Shown in pieces: positions 28,230-45,295 of a stretch of DNA of 64,000 nt; within the stretch, counting starts at the first letter, position 1, and each line of letters starts with the position of its first letter. Under the pieces are notes generated by a model. The model did no database searches. It was not told the DNA's origin and saw only the letters and a list, made by a program, of their open reading frames with translations. The DNA comes from Eledone cirrhosa (taxonomy: Eukaryota), in contig OZ024740.1 of NCBI GenBank assembly GCA_964016885.1, positions 79,670,001-79,734,000 of the forward strand, in the 5' to 3' direction. Both the position numbers and the translations under genes were made by a program.

Positions 28230-28270
28230 ACAACTGATGTTTCTGTCTCATTAGACCTCATCAGTAATAT
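28230..28270 (-). ncRNA. Degenerate minimal hammerhead motif
   Basis: Minus strand CTGATGA-GGTCT-AATG-AGAC-A-GAAAC-ATC; stem I is poor. Confidence 0.5.
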
Positions 28271-28750
28271 AATAAAAGCCGTGTGAATTTGTCCGTAACG
28301 CACTAGAGATGGCTGAAGAAGGAAGGGGTGGTGACGTTGACTGAAGGGTGGCAGCATTTAACATTCGCTACACGAATGTGTGTGTATGTATAGCGAATTG
28401 GCTGTTATGATTATGTGAGTGCATGTGTGTATGTGTATGTATATGTGTGTTTGTGTAAGTGTATATGTGTTTGTGCGTGTTTATTTAGAAAGACACATAG
28501 ACAATAGAATTGCAAACACATACGAATCTACACATAAATATATATAAACAGACAGACTTAGAAACAATAATTATTACGTACACACACATCTATATGATGA
28601 CTGAGAAAGGAGGGGGCGAGACACTATAGAAGTTCAGCGTTCTAAGATTCGTCACAAGTGTGTTTGTGTGTTTGTATCACTTATGTGAGTGAACGCAAAG
28701 GAATCAACCAACCAGCCAACCAACAAACAAACATCTCTTTTTTATATTAT

Positions 28751-28870
28751 GAAGGCGCGTGGCTGAGTGGTTAGAGAATTGTATTCGCAATCGTGAGGCT
28801 GTGCGTTCGATTCTCGGACCGGGCGATGCGTTATGTCCTTGAGCAAGACACTTTATTTCACGTTGCTCCT
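28751..28870 (+). mobile_element. tRNA-derived CORE-type SINE fragment (second family)
   Basis: GGCGCGTGGCTGAGTGGTTAGAG (A box), GTTCGATTC (B box), then TGTCCTTGAGCAAGACACTTTATTTCACGTTGCTCC. Confidence 0.78.
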
Positions 28871-28974
28871 TCTACCTGGAGTTGCTACCGATAGATAGTA
28901 TTAGCAATTAGAAAGACCAATGGAAACATAGTTTCCTCGGTCCGATTTGACGAAAGTCGATCGACTGTCGATAG

Positions 28975-29165
28975 GGCGGTGGATTGGCAGTATCGGTAGA
29001 CGGTCGGACACCATGCTTTGCAGCATAGAGTTACGGCCCTTTACGCTCTGATTTCAAATCCCGCCGAGGTTAACTTTGCCTTTCATCCTTACGGGGTCGA
29101 TAAAATAAGGTACCAGTAATGCACTTGGTAATTGCTGGCCTTGTGTCCAAAGTAGAAACAATTAT
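28975..29165 (+). mobile_element. Full-length SINE copy (short form)
   Basis: Close match to consensus from GGGCGGTGGATTGG to AGAAACAATTAT. Confidence 0.9.
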
Positions 29166-29542
29166 GTATAGATAGGGCGGTGCCCCAGCGTGGCCTCAGC
29201 CGGATGGCTGGAACAGATAAAAGAATATTACATTTTTGACGGCACGGGTCAGCTAATTTGTATGATAATCTTGGCCACTAATTTGTATGTATGTTTACAG
29301 CCCTATGTGAATATAAGTGTGCGTTTGCATACCTATCTTTTTGTGTTGCAATTCATGAACATCAGCGTCGTTGATTACATGTTTTCAATAGTCATAACAC
29401 TGGTTCATTGCATCTTTGATAGTAAGTGTGACACAGGTGTCTCTAACTCGACAAACAAACAACAAATATCTTAAGGCACTTTGTTTATAAAGCATCGAGT
29501 TTTTGCCAATGTTTATATACAATGTTGAAACACACACACACA

Positions 29543-29615
<73 letters not shown>

Positions 29616-29679
29616 ATATTGTAAGCTCATTTCGCTTTGGTTGTCCAGTTTATAAAGGATAGGCATTTTGTTAGAAATT

Positions 29680-30330
29680 CATCATCTCGTTAAATACATA
29701 TTTCTTTTTTTAATTTACTTACATTTCAACTACAATATTTACTCACCTAATATTTGTAGAGACGGTTTCAGAATGGTTGCGTCTCTTCAGTATGAACTAC
29801 ATTATTTACACTGCATTTGATATATATTGAAGAAGAAAGAGAAAATTGATAGAGATAGATTTACCTATTAGATAAATTGCTGGGTTCATAGTATTTCAGA
29901 ATTTTGTACGTGCAATTCCCGCTAGAAGATATTAGTACAAGTGGTTATTTAGTAGCTTTTATTTGGAAAATAGGTGCATAGCTGACATAATTTTTATTAT
30001 ATTGGTATAGTTTGATGTATGTTATATGGAGTGCTAGAAGATTTTAAAGATTAAATATATGTGATAACGCTGACACATTTACTTTGGAGGAGTTTTTAAA
30101 GAGTTTTGGTGTTGGCTGAATCGAGTTTTAAAGAAAGTGGGAGATAAGCAAGAATAAGAATTAGCAGTGTTGAAATAAACTGTTGTGCAATATACTAATT
30201 GATTTGAGTATAAGTTTCTAGTAGTGCAGTTGTGACTAGGTGTGCTTCGATTGGACTATTAGAAATTTAGTTTTAATTGGTAGGGAGACTACGATCGTTT
30301 GTAAAAAATGGGAAGTGGATGAGTAGGATA
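29680..30330 (-). mobile_element. Decayed Penelope-like element 3' remnant (GIY-YIG part and terminal hammerhead-like motif)
   Basis: Minus-strand SYSSTSH and FKTRFSQHQNSLK resemble SYSTTPN and [13 protein letters not shown] of the element at 51-53 kb; CTGAAGA...GAAAC at about 29760-29790. Confidence 0.55.
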
Positions 30331-30331
30331 T

Positions 30332-30398
30332 ATTATGCAATTAGTTGAATTATGCAATTAGTTGAATTATGCAATTACTTAATTATGCAATTAATTGA
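30332..30398. repeat. About 17-bp tandem repeat x4 (ATTATGCAATTAGTTGA)
   Basis: Seen directly. Confidence 0.85.
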
Positions 30399-30585
30399 GG
30401 CGGTGGATTGGCAGTATTGGTAGAGGGTCGGACGCCATGCTTTCCAGCATAGTTACATCCCTTTACGATCTGAGTTCAAATCCCGCCGAGGTTGACTTTG
30501 CCTTTCATCTTTACGGGGTCGATAACATAAAGTACCAGTAATGCACTGGGTAATTGCTGGCCTTGTGCCTAAAGTAGAAACAATT
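30398..30585 (+). mobile_element. Full-length SINE copy (short form)
   Basis: Consensus match. Confidence 0.9.
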
Positions 30586-31117
30586 AATATCTTACCAGAG
30601 TTACACTGCTGGAGAAACCAGTTGATTTTATAGAAACATACTTGGAAGCACAGAAGAAAAGTTATTTATGTGAATGTGTATGTGTGTGTGTGTTTGTGTA
30701 TGTATGTATGCTAAAAGTAAACGGAAACAACAAAACAAACAATACAGTACAATGAAGAAATATATTAGTTTAACGCTTGATATAGAAGGAAAGTGTCTTA
30801 ACGTTTCGTACACTAGTCTTTCATTAGAAGATAGAATGAGAAATAAAGAAGAAATGTATGTATGCATATGTATATATATATGCATGTATATGCATGTATA
30901 TATTTGCACATATATACGTGTATATATTTATGTGTGTATATATATATATATAGACACACACACACATACATACATACATATATACACATATATATATATA
31001 TAATTAGGGAAAATAGGGTTTGAAAAATGACTGACCTTTTCGTTATTTAGAATGTTTTTGTATTAATGTGCCAAGTAATTTGATGATTATTCATTTATTT
31101 TAAATATATTTTTGTTT

Positions 31118-31160
31118 ACTTGTACCAGTTTCAGCTGTGTTTACAGCCTTCTCAAAAAGG
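31118..31160 (-). ncRNA. Hammerhead-like motif with U3-A8 core
   Basis: Minus strand TTGAGAA-GGCTGT-AAAC-ACAGCT-GAAAC-TG-GTA; stem I is weak. Confidence 0.55.
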
Positions 31161-31299
31161 TTTTCGTTGCAGCCTTTCGAAGAATGTTTTTTGTTTTATT
31201 TACCTCACGTGGTTGGCCGCTTATGATTTTGTTGAACACAATGGATGCAACTGGTTTTATCTTTGTCGCTTATAATCTAATCTAACCTGGCCGAGTTTA

Positions 31300-31697
31300 C
31301 ACTCGCAAATAAGAAGAACCAGGGCTGCCCTTAGGAGCATTGGATTTGGTGTACTTCATATTATTTTCGGTTGCTGAATACAACCAGGGGTCACTGCTTC
31401 TCCTGGAGGTCAATAGTTCTCTTCTAACTCGAGCGGGAGCGCCTTTCCATTATCAATTTGCATTGATCATCTACAAAGCCGCATTGTTATCAGAACCACG
31501 ACTCCAGTCTTTCGATGCGTGCAGCTGGAACTACTGCCACACCCATTTGTTTGGCAGGACTCATTTCTACAGCTGAGTAAACTGGAGCAACGTGAAATAA
31601 AGTGTCTTGCTCAAGGACACAACATATCACCCGGTCCGAGAATCGAACTCACAACCTTTCGATTCCAAGCCCAATGCTCTAACCACTAAGCCATGCG
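31300..31697 (-). mobile_element. CORE-type SINE with extended body
   Basis: 31575-31697 is the reverse complement of the head and core seen at 28751-28870; the extent of the body is approximate. Confidence 0.72.
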
Positions 31698-32151
31698 CTA
31701 AGCTAAGTCGCTTATAGGACATTGATAAACAAATGGAAATCGAAATCTTTAAAAAAATACGATGGGGAACAGTTGGACCACATTCATAAACAATGGAAGC
31801 AAGAATGTGAGAACGAGGAACTAATTTCCTTATAAAGATGGTAGAAGAACGAAAACTGGTTCTCATACTATGAAGAACAACTTTTAAAAAAATACATTTT
31901 TTAAGAAAGTAACAACCAACAACACGTAAAGCTACGCTGACACAATCTACACAGCACAACCCCAACAAAGAAAATTCCAATATGGACAGAAACGTTGATA
32001 AAATGTTGAACCAATGAATTTCTAAGATAACTGCTAGAATACACAAATAGACTATCGTGGGGAAACACCTTCCATCAAACCTAGATGTACATAAATAATT
32101 CCAGACGAAACTAGAATCACCCAAAAAGAAATGACCAGGAAAAAAATACAG

Positions 32152-32730
32152 ATAATTGTTTCTACCTTTGGTACAAGGCCATCAATTACCCTAGTGCATT
32201 ACTGATACTTTATTTTATCGACCCCGTAGGATGAAAGGCAAAGTTAACCACGGCGGGATTTGAACTCGGATCATAAAGGGCTGTAACTCTATGCTGCAAA
32301 GCATGTTGTCTGATGCTCTACCGACTCTACCAACCCACCGCCGAAAAAAAAAAGATGCATATAATTGTTTCTTATATAGGCACAAGGCCAGCAGTTTTGG
32401 GGGAGGGGAAAGTCGATTAAATTGACTCCAGTGCGTGACTGCTACTTTATTTTATCGATCCCGTAAGGATGAAAGGTAAAGTTAACCTCGGCGGGATTTG
32501 AACTCAGATTGTAAAGCGCCGTAACTCTATGCTGCAAAGCATATAATTGTTTCTACTTTTGGCACAAGGCCAGCAATTATCCCAGTGTATTACTGGTACT
32601 TTATTTTATCGACCCCGTAAGGATGAAAGGCAACGTTAACCTCGACAGGATTTGAACTCAGACCGTAAAGGCGCGTAACTCTGTGCTGCAAAGCATGGCG
32701 TCCGACTCTCTACTGATACTGCCAAACCAC
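32152..32730 (-). mobile_element. Three tandem SINE copies
   Basis: Reverse-complement consensus at about 32152-32342, 32362-32540 and 32543-32730. Confidence 0.88.
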
Positions 32731-32989
32731 CTGCAGGACAACAGAGATCGACATTTCAAAGTGAACTGACCCCATATACAGAAATAATTTCAGGCTGAAC
32801 CAAATCAACACATAAGGAGCAGGTACAGTGATCAGAATAATAACTACGATATAGATATACACAATAATTGCAAAAACCACAACATAAAAATTTGAAAGTA
32901 GGAACAATATAGAGAAGTCCTATCACAACATCCATTTTTAGTGAGATCCCTGAAATACAGGGATACGTGATGGACCGCAGTCTTGAGCC

Positions 32990-33310
32990 GAGAATAATCA
33001 ATCTCTCACAAAAATCGGTAACACCCAAAGAAACAGAAATTCTAGGTAAAGGATAGAAATTTACACGCACTCCCCCAAATCTAAATATACCAGAAATTAA
33101 AGATGACATTTCGGACTTCTGCAGAAGACTCAAAATAGCGGAACAATTTTTCAAAAAAGAAGACAATGATGACTCACTAATTAGAAACAAAATGGAATAT
33201 TAACTCCTAATATAGCCTTTGATGAATTTCCCTGTTGATAAACTGGAAAATCCATAAAGAAAGTCCACCTTTACCAGACAACAATGAGAGCATTTAAATG
33301 ATCTGAAATA
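32990..33310 (+). mobile_element. Penelope-like element N-terminal ORF remnant
   Basis: RIINLSQKSVTPKETEILGKG*KFTRTPPNLNIPEIKDDISDFCRRLKIAEQFF matches the PLE pre-RT motif INLS..LT..E..VL.KGL.F.PTP...F.RRL. Confidence 0.75.
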
Positions 33311-33532
33311 GTGTGTTTGTGTGTGTAAGTGTTTTAAGAGTAAGCCGGGAAGAAAAGAACAGATGGAAGATAAAAAGTAAGCCAAGACTTTGAAGGGAAA
33401 TATAGATAGATATACAGTGGAAGAGCAGGAGAGAGAGAGGGGGGGGGGGGGTGAAATATAATAGATTAAAAGAGAGTGAGAAAATAGTGAGATAGATAAC
33501 TGTGGTTAATGATTAGATAGAAAAAGAGTGTG

Positions 33533-33610
<78 letters not shown>

Positions 33611-33821
33611 TAGGGATTTTAACGTGAAGTTACTGTAGGTTCTCCGTCATTACTATAACAGAAGTCTGATGAGATTTTGATTCCAGAATCGGAGCAGATC
33701 GATACAGAACGAGCCTTGAGCTGATGAATCGCAAAACGCGCGTCACACCTCAATAAATGTAATGAAAATTTAACACTTCGTCTACCTTATTATATGTGTG
33801 TGTTTGTGTGTGTGTGTGTGG

Positions 33822-33874
<53 letters not shown>

Positions 33875-33882
<8 letters not shown>

Positions 33883-34082
33883 TATTTGGGGAGGGTCATA
33901 TTGTTATAATAATGCCAGAAATAATAATGATTTCATTTATTGGCCACAAGGGCCGAATTGCCAGAAATAATAATAAAACAAACTCAGTTTGGTTTGGATT
34001 GGTTTACGCGTCTGTATATTTTATATCCCAATAGTTAATTTAGCTGGCAATTAATGTTTATCATTGATTGACCAACGGTTAA
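33875..34082 (+). repeat. (TA)n-flanked interspersed repeat; inverted diverged copy at 35397-35556 and fragment at about 37168-37202
   Basis: TTATATTTGGGGAGGGTCATATTGTTATAAT...GATTGACCAACGGTTA recurs as a reverse complement. Confidence 0.8.
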
Positions 34083-34125
34083 AAATATAGATATAAATGT
34101 ATATATATAGTATATCAAAGTTCTT

Positions 34126-34249
34126 TTATCACACACCTGTGACATCATCAGTGGTACTATTATATTTCCTCCCGTTGTATTGCAAATAGACATTGCAATA
34201 CAATGGGAGGAAACATAATAGTACCACTGAAGATATCACAGGTGTGATA

Positions 34250-34250
<1 letters not shown>
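34126..34250. repeat. About 125-bp foldback hairpin; each arm carries a partial hammerhead core
   Basis: Near-perfect inverted arms; CTGAAGA-TATCAC-AGGT-GTGATA on plus and CTGATGA-TGTCAC..GTGATA on minus. Confidence 0.85.
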
Positions 34251-34284
<34 letters not shown>

Positions 34285-34378
34285 TTTCGTATCTCCAAAG
34301 AAATACAGTTTTAGGAAGCCGTAGCTATGCAAACACCGGGGGGCTAACGCCATCTGGTGATATCCAGCAGAAGCAAGG

Positions 34379-34431
34379 GGGACAACCGTCTATGCATTTC
34401 AGGCTTAACTGGCCTTCGTCAGGATGGTCCC
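34379..34431 (-). ncRNA. Type I hammerhead ribozyme (inverted copy)
   Basis: ACCATC-CTGACGA-AGGC-CAGTTAA-GCCT-GAAA-TGCATA-GACGGT; one stem I mismatch. Confidence 0.8.
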
Positions 34432-34640
34432 TCCCACTGCTTGCGACTGCTGGACTAGAAGACAGGCGAGAATATATACTTTTCTCGTCTGTGTAAATGA
34501 GGTGATTAATCTCATTTGCATATGAAGCTGCATAATTTGGCTCAACTTGTAATAAAAAAGAAATAGGATTTCGCTTCAAGCATAGCTTTATACAATATGT
34601 ATACATATGTCTTCTAGTCCAGCAGTCGCAAGCGGTGGGA

Positions 34641-34693
34641 GGGACCGTCCTGACGAAGGCCATTTAAGCCTGAAATGCATAGACGGTTGTCCC
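34641..34693 (+). ncRNA. Minimal type I hammerhead ribozyme
   Basis: Stem I ACCGTC/GACGGT, core CTGACGA, stem II AGGC/GCCT, GAAA, palindromic stem III ATGCAT, predicted cleavage after AUA. Confidence 0.88.
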
Positions 34694-34957
34694 TCTTGCT
34701 TCTGCTGGACATCACCAGAAGGCGTTAGCCCCCCCCCCCCCCCCCGTGTTTGCATAGCTACGGCTTCCTAAAACTGTATTTCTTTGGAGATACGAAATAT
34801 TTATACATATTGTATAAAGCTATGCTTGAAGCGAAATCCTATTTCTTTTATATATATATATATATATATATAATGAAAAATTGAACAGGGACAGAACAGA
34901 GAGGCAGTACGATAAATGTTTATTAAATTCACGCTCAGGAGAGTGGGGGGTGGTGGG

Positions 34958-34996
34958 GGACGACGTTTCGGGCATAAGCCCTTCTTCAGGTGAGAA
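34958..34996 (-). ncRNA. Penelope-type minimal hammerhead motif
   Basis: Minus strand CTGAAGA-AGGGC-TTAT-GCCC-GAAACGTC; AATAAA downstream on minus (about 34919-34924). Confidence 0.72.
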
Positions 34997-35347
34997 GTGT
35001 GTGGGAACAGAGTTCAAAAGGTGTGTAGGGGAGTGGTGGAGAGACATATAGCGAAAGGAAACGGTGCGAATGAAAAATTAACAAATAGAGACAAAAAATA
35101 TAATAAATAATAAATAAAAATAAAAATAAAGCATGATCAAAATACAAGGAATATATATATGAGAGACGTAAAATAAGAAAATTATAAAATTAACTTACTT
35201 ACTAAAAAATCACTTCCAACTAATTAGTTTCTGGAATGGAGTAAATATACCCCATGCATTGAACCACATTGTTAATAAGACAAAACCTATATATTTGCTA
35301 GCATTGATATGCATATGTGTGTATATAAATGTTACTAGATATAAATT

Positions 35348-35399
<52 letters not shown>

Positions 35400-35664
35400 C
35401 CGTTTGTCAATCAATGATAAACATTGATTGTCAGCTAAATTAACTACAGGAATATAAAATATACAAAAGCGAAAACCATTTGCAACCAAACAGTTAGTTT
35501 GTTTTATTATTATTTCTGGCAATATTATAACAATATGACCCTCCCCAAATATAACAATATATATATATATATATATAGTTATAAGCAAAGAGTTATTTAA
35601 TTTGTTGGTAATTCAACAAATTTATTTATAACACTACAGTTTTCTTCTGGAGTATAATATCGAT

Positions 35665-35946
35665 AATATTAATAAATGGAAACTATCTTTATAAAACCAT
35701 ATTTATTTTATTATATATATTTCAAGGGTACTAAAATTTTGGCAAGCTCTCATCAGATAAAATACAAAAGTTGTTTTACAGATAGTGACATACCCCAAAA
35801 CAAGAACTTATCGTTTTAAGTTTTGTTTGAATAGTGAAAAAGAAATTCAAATCTTAGGATGAATATGTTATAACATATTCATCCTAAGATTTGAATTTCT
35901 TTATATAATAAAATAAATATAGTTTTATAAAGATAGTTTCCATTTA

Positions 35947-35955
<9 letters not shown>
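35665..35955. mobile_element. Foldback hammerhead cassette in (TA)n
   Basis: Perfect palindrome at about 35839-35902; 35903-35953 is inverted to 35665-35716. Confidence 0.8.
35704..35764 (-). ncRNA. Type I hammerhead, TATTTTAT/ATAAAATA stem I family
   Basis: TATTTTAT-CTGATGA-GAG..CTT-GAAA-TATATATA-ATAAAATA. Confidence 0.75.
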
Positions 35956-41122
<5,167 letters not shown>

Positions 41123-41163
41123 TTCAAAATATTAACAAAAATAGAACTTCTTGTGATCAAGTA

Positions 41164-41230
41164 TATTTTATTATACATATTTCAGAGGTACTGAGCTAAC
41201 TTCAACAGTACGTCCTCATCAGATAAAATA
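41164..41230 (-). ncRNA. Type I hammerhead, TATTTTAT/ATAAAATA family
   Basis: TATTTTAT-CTGATGA-GGACGTACTG..CAGTACCTCT-GAAA-TATGTATA-ATAAAATA. Confidence 0.78.
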
Positions 41231-41552
41231 AGATGATGCATGACATACCCTGACATAGTAGATGGTTAAGATCCAGTCATGGTAGTGAGTAAGATATGAC
41301 AAAACTCAATATTTATATACCTTAAGATTGATACATGAAAAAACTTACATATAATACAGAGGGGGCGTGTAAGAAAGCTTAAGAATACATAACAGCAATT
41401 TACATAACTGTTAGAGATTCAAATAATTATTGAAGAAAGAGGAAAGAAAAAAAAACTAATATTAATAACTCCGGAAAACCATAACTGTGGAGTGCTTCCA
41501 ATCTATTGTAAAACTAATTCTTTGATTTATTCATTGAACCTTGTTTAACCTT

Positions 41553-41624
<72 letters not shown>

Positions 41625-41628
<4 letters not shown>

Positions 41629-41979
41629 AGGTGAGTTTTATTGTAGCACAATAAAGCAATGCAGATATCGGATAAGTAGCACTCTACAGTTTGTAGGACT
41701 GGAGTATAAATAATATAAGATCAAAAGATGGTTAAAAGAGTTCCATGTATTTTATTATGCGCATTTCAAAAACAAATATCATGATGAGATGACATTTGCG
41801 TTTTCGTCAGATAAAATAGGGAGACATGATATGAAGGTTAAAAAACACTTGTGAATAGTGCAGTTTTAAATCAACATATATTTTATCTGACGAAAACGCA
41901 AATGTCATCTCATGGTGATATTTGTTTTTGAAATGCGCATAATAAAATACATGGAACTCTTTTAACCATCTTTTGATCT

Positions 41980-41987
<8 letters not shown>
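41625..41987. mobile_element. Head-to-head hammerhead cassette in (TA)n (same family as 60675-61101 and 63350-63920)
   Basis: 41710-41818 is inverted to 41879-41987; (TA)n on both sides. Confidence 0.87.
41879..41949 (+). ncRNA. Type I hammerhead (inverted twin at 41748-41818)
   Basis: TATTTTAT-CTGACGA-AAACGCAAATGTCATC/GGTGATATTTGTTTTT-GAAA-TGCGCATA-ATAAAATA; 8-bp stem I and palindromic stem III ATGCGCAT. Confidence 0.85.
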
Positions 41988-42047
<60 letters not shown>

Positions 42048-42048
<1 letters not shown>

Positions 42049-42245
42049 TACAGCAAATATTGTGCAAGACACTATAGCATGTATGCATACAGCAAATGCC
42101 ATGCATAGACACTATAGTATGTATACCGACTGTAAATACTGTGCATAGACACAATAGTACGTATACATACTGCAAATACGGTGTATATACACTAGAGTAC
42201 GGCAACTGATGTATATAGACACTATTGTACGTATATTGACTGCAT
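42048..42245. repeat. Diverged minisatellite, period about 39 bp
   Basis: Recurring GCAAATA.TGTGCATAGACACTATAGTA.GTATAC units. Confidence 0.75.
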
Positions 42246-42654
42246 ATTTGGTGTGTGCGCGCGCGTGTGTATGTATATATATATGTGTGCTTCTTGCTCA
42301 TAATAATTTCTATACTTTTCATTTATATATATATATATATAATGCGAAGACACCTTTAGTGCGAATGATACTGTAGAACGTATGCATAGCGAACATATTG
42401 TGCTTAGAAGCTATAGTAAGTATACAGTACATACAGTGAATGCTGTATATTGAGACGAAACTGTGTATATACATTTTACATAAGTAAATATGCGCATGTT
42501 TTTTTTATATGGTGATGATAGACACACTCACTGAATATAAACACACACGCACGCACATATATACTTTATACATGAGTAATTTTTAAAAGATGTTTTGATA
42601 TTTTTATATTGTAAACACCCCTACCACACATAGATATGCACTCGCATACTTTAA

Positions 42655-42986
42655 GTATAACAAGACGAAATTTCACATTAATGTGTTTATTGGTTATCGA
42701 CCAGTAACGTATGTTTCACAGATCATTGGCTCAAGGTCCATATTTGTGGTATAGACCGAACTCAAACATCAATCTGCTCATCAGACTTGTTAATCATATG
42801 AACAATATCTTAGATAAAATTTTTATTTTTATTTTTTTTGGCTTGATTAACAAGTATATTGAGCAGACTGATGTTGGAGTCTGGTCTATAAACACAAATT
42901 TGGAGCTTGAACCAATCATCTGTGAAACGTGCGTAACTAATTGATAATCAATAAAATCATTAATGTGAAACTTCATCTTGTTATAT
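42655..42986. mobile_element. Older head-to-head inverted cassette with hammerhead
   Basis: 42655-42796 is inverted to 42845-42986 with many substitutions; the minus arm reads AGT-CTGATGA-GCAGATT...GATCTGT-GAAAC-ATAC-GTT-ACT and each arm has a downstream AATAAA. Confidence 0.8.
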
Positions 42987-43075
42987 TTAATTTATACACT
43001 CTTCCTTAGCAATGAGTTCTAATATTGGTACCACCTACAGTAACCAACTAAGATACTGAAATTATTGAAAAAACC

Positions 43076-43155
<80 letters not shown>

Positions 43156-43362
43156 AAGAATGATGTACTCATGCGCGAAGATGCTATAAAATAGGGTGGA
43201 GACTCTTAAAGACGGAAAAAGATGTTGCCATCGGCCAATAAATATATAATTGTTTCTACTTTTGGCACAAGGCCAGCAATTACCCAGTGTATTACTGGTA
43301 CTTTATTTTATCGACCCCGATAAATATATAATGTGTTTATGTATAATGACGACGACGACGAC

Positions 43363-43412
<50 letters not shown>

Positions 43413-43739
43413 CAGCATTGCTTAGTAATCAGTCCAACTGTTGATTTGCGACTTTTACCTCGATTATTACATCAATGTCTCATCTAAGTTAAATGCAGTG
43501 CAGAATCACGACACTGGGTTTTGTGTCCTTAATTAATGACTTTCCATATCGTCATCAGAAAGACAATGTTTGTTACAGGGTTGGCAGACATACATTATGT
43601 CAGGTGGCAATGATCTATTATTAGATTGCTTTCGTTTATGTAACGTTGAATGGCTAAAAATAGCTGCATTCGAAAGACAAACTCAGTCACAAGGTAGACA
43701 CTTGAAGAGATTATTTATATCTTTCAGGTTTCTTTTCAT

Positions 43740-44100
43740 TCAGTCTCGTTTCAATTTTGTGTTTAATGCGAAACACATCAGAATTCTTAGACGCATTGAG
43801 TATATTTTTCTCCATAATGTACCATTACACCCCACCAATTTTTCACATGAATAATACTTATTTTTCAAATCAGGAATAAAGACGTTTTTGTTCTTTAATT
43901 TCGGTTTGTGAGGGAGGAGCTTTTTCTCAAAACATAATTCTCCATAAAGTAGATATTTTGAATTTTGTTCATATTCTATATGAACTTTATGGTCTGTCCA
44001 CTTTCGTCTGCGACGTCGCAAGAAATCTATACTTACAACATCGTTCTTTCCAAGACATGAACATTTGTCGAAGGCACTTTTGATACCAAACTACTTGAAA
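43740..44100 (-). mobile_element. RTE-clade LINE C-terminal remnant
   Basis: LRRRRRKWTDH...SKYLLYGELCFEKKLLPHKPKLKNK...DLK...WR resembles RTE W.GH..R...PK.LLYGEL..GKR...KP. Confidence 0.62.
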
Positions 44101-44124
44101 CCACCCCTAGTTCTATGATATAAT

Positions 44125-44800
44125 TCTTCTTCTTCTTCTCCTCCTCCCTCTCCTCACCCTCCTCCTTCTTCTCCCCTTCCTCCTCCTCCTCGCCGCCCTC
44201 CTCTCCTCCTCCTCCTCCCCTTCTTCTTCTTCTTCTTCTTCTTCTTCTTCTTCTTCTTCTTCTTCTTCTTCTTCTTCTTCCACATTCCTAGCTGAGTCGT
44301 GGGGGGGAAGAGTCGTCAAACACTCATCCAGAAGGTTCAGTCAGAAACAACTGTCTCCAATTGATCCGGCTGGATCCATAAGCAAGACCAACCGATCTCA
44401 TTGATGTTATCCAACTATCTTGCTCGAGGTCTACCACTGGGTCTGCTGCCAGTCAATTTTGCTCGTAAAATCTGCCCTGCGATTCTTCCTGAGACGTTCT
44501 GACCACATGTCCGTAGTATCGGAGCTGTAATCTCTCAATTCGGAGAAGTAGTGGCTCTACCTGGAGTCACTCTCTGATCTCTGAGCTACGCACAGTATCG
44601 AGTAACGTTACTCCAAAGACCCTTCGGAGGAACCCCATTTCGGCCGCTTGTATTCACGATCGTATTCTTTCGGTCATTATCCAAGATTCATGACCATAGG
44701 TAAGGGTTGGCACGAATACCGAATTGAAGATAGCTAGTTTGGCTTTTACACCTACCTCCCGTCTTCTAATGACCGCATTGTTGCACCAGCCTCCCGCAAT
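44125..44800 (-). mobile_element. RTE-clade (Expander/Rex3-like) LINE 3' end with (GAA)n/(GGA)n tail
   Basis: Minus strand KAKLAIFNSVFVPTLTYGHESWIMTERIRS*IQAAEMGFLRRVFGVTLLD.VRSSEIRE*LQVEPLLLRIERLQLRYYGHVVR...RPSGRPRAR. Confidence 0.9.
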
Positions 44801-45044
44801 GTCCATATCTCAAGACATATAGAAAGAATAGACAACAAGCATGTTTTGTGTTACTTCTATATATTGTTCAGATCACAATGATGAATGTGAATTTTTTTAA
44901 AGAAATTCTCCCTCTTATTTACCACTGGACTGAAATATCTCTCCCTCCACACTTTCTTTTTGTAAGTTTTTGTTGTATGACTGACATTGTGGCAGCTAAA
45001 TACTGTATGAAACGACGGTTCATAATTCAATCGGAGATTTTAGG

Positions 45045-45295
45045 TGTTTGGACTGAGCCACACAGTGATTTTCGAAGTAGTCGAGAATTAACCTTAATGT
45101 AGTTCTCAGGGAGATTCAGAATGACACAAGGTGTAAGTCTGACTCTTTGAATTACATGTCCAATTCATTTTGCCAGCTGAGTGAACTGCAGCAACGAAAA
45201 ATAAAGTATCTTGCCCAAGGATAAAACGGACCGTCAGTAGTCGAACTCACAACCTCCGAACGTGAGCCGAACATCCTAATCACTAAACCATGCTT
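45045..45295 (-). mobile_element. CORE-type SINE copy
   Basis: Reverse complement of the tRNA head and CORE; the body matches 59600-59730. Confidence 0.7.

Larger units (their letters stand above)
34279..34849. mobile_element. Head-to-head, circularly permuted non-coding hammerhead cassette within (TA)n
   Basis: 34279-34464 is inverted to 34608-34802, and 34557-34603 is inverted to 34802-34849; (TA)n on both sides. Confidence 0.85.

Noticed and set aside
33660-33760. Further hammerhead candidates here and near 23197, 24168, 36815 and 50652
   Set aside because: CTGANGA is present but GAAA or the stems are broken; probably decayed PLE termini, not supportable individually.
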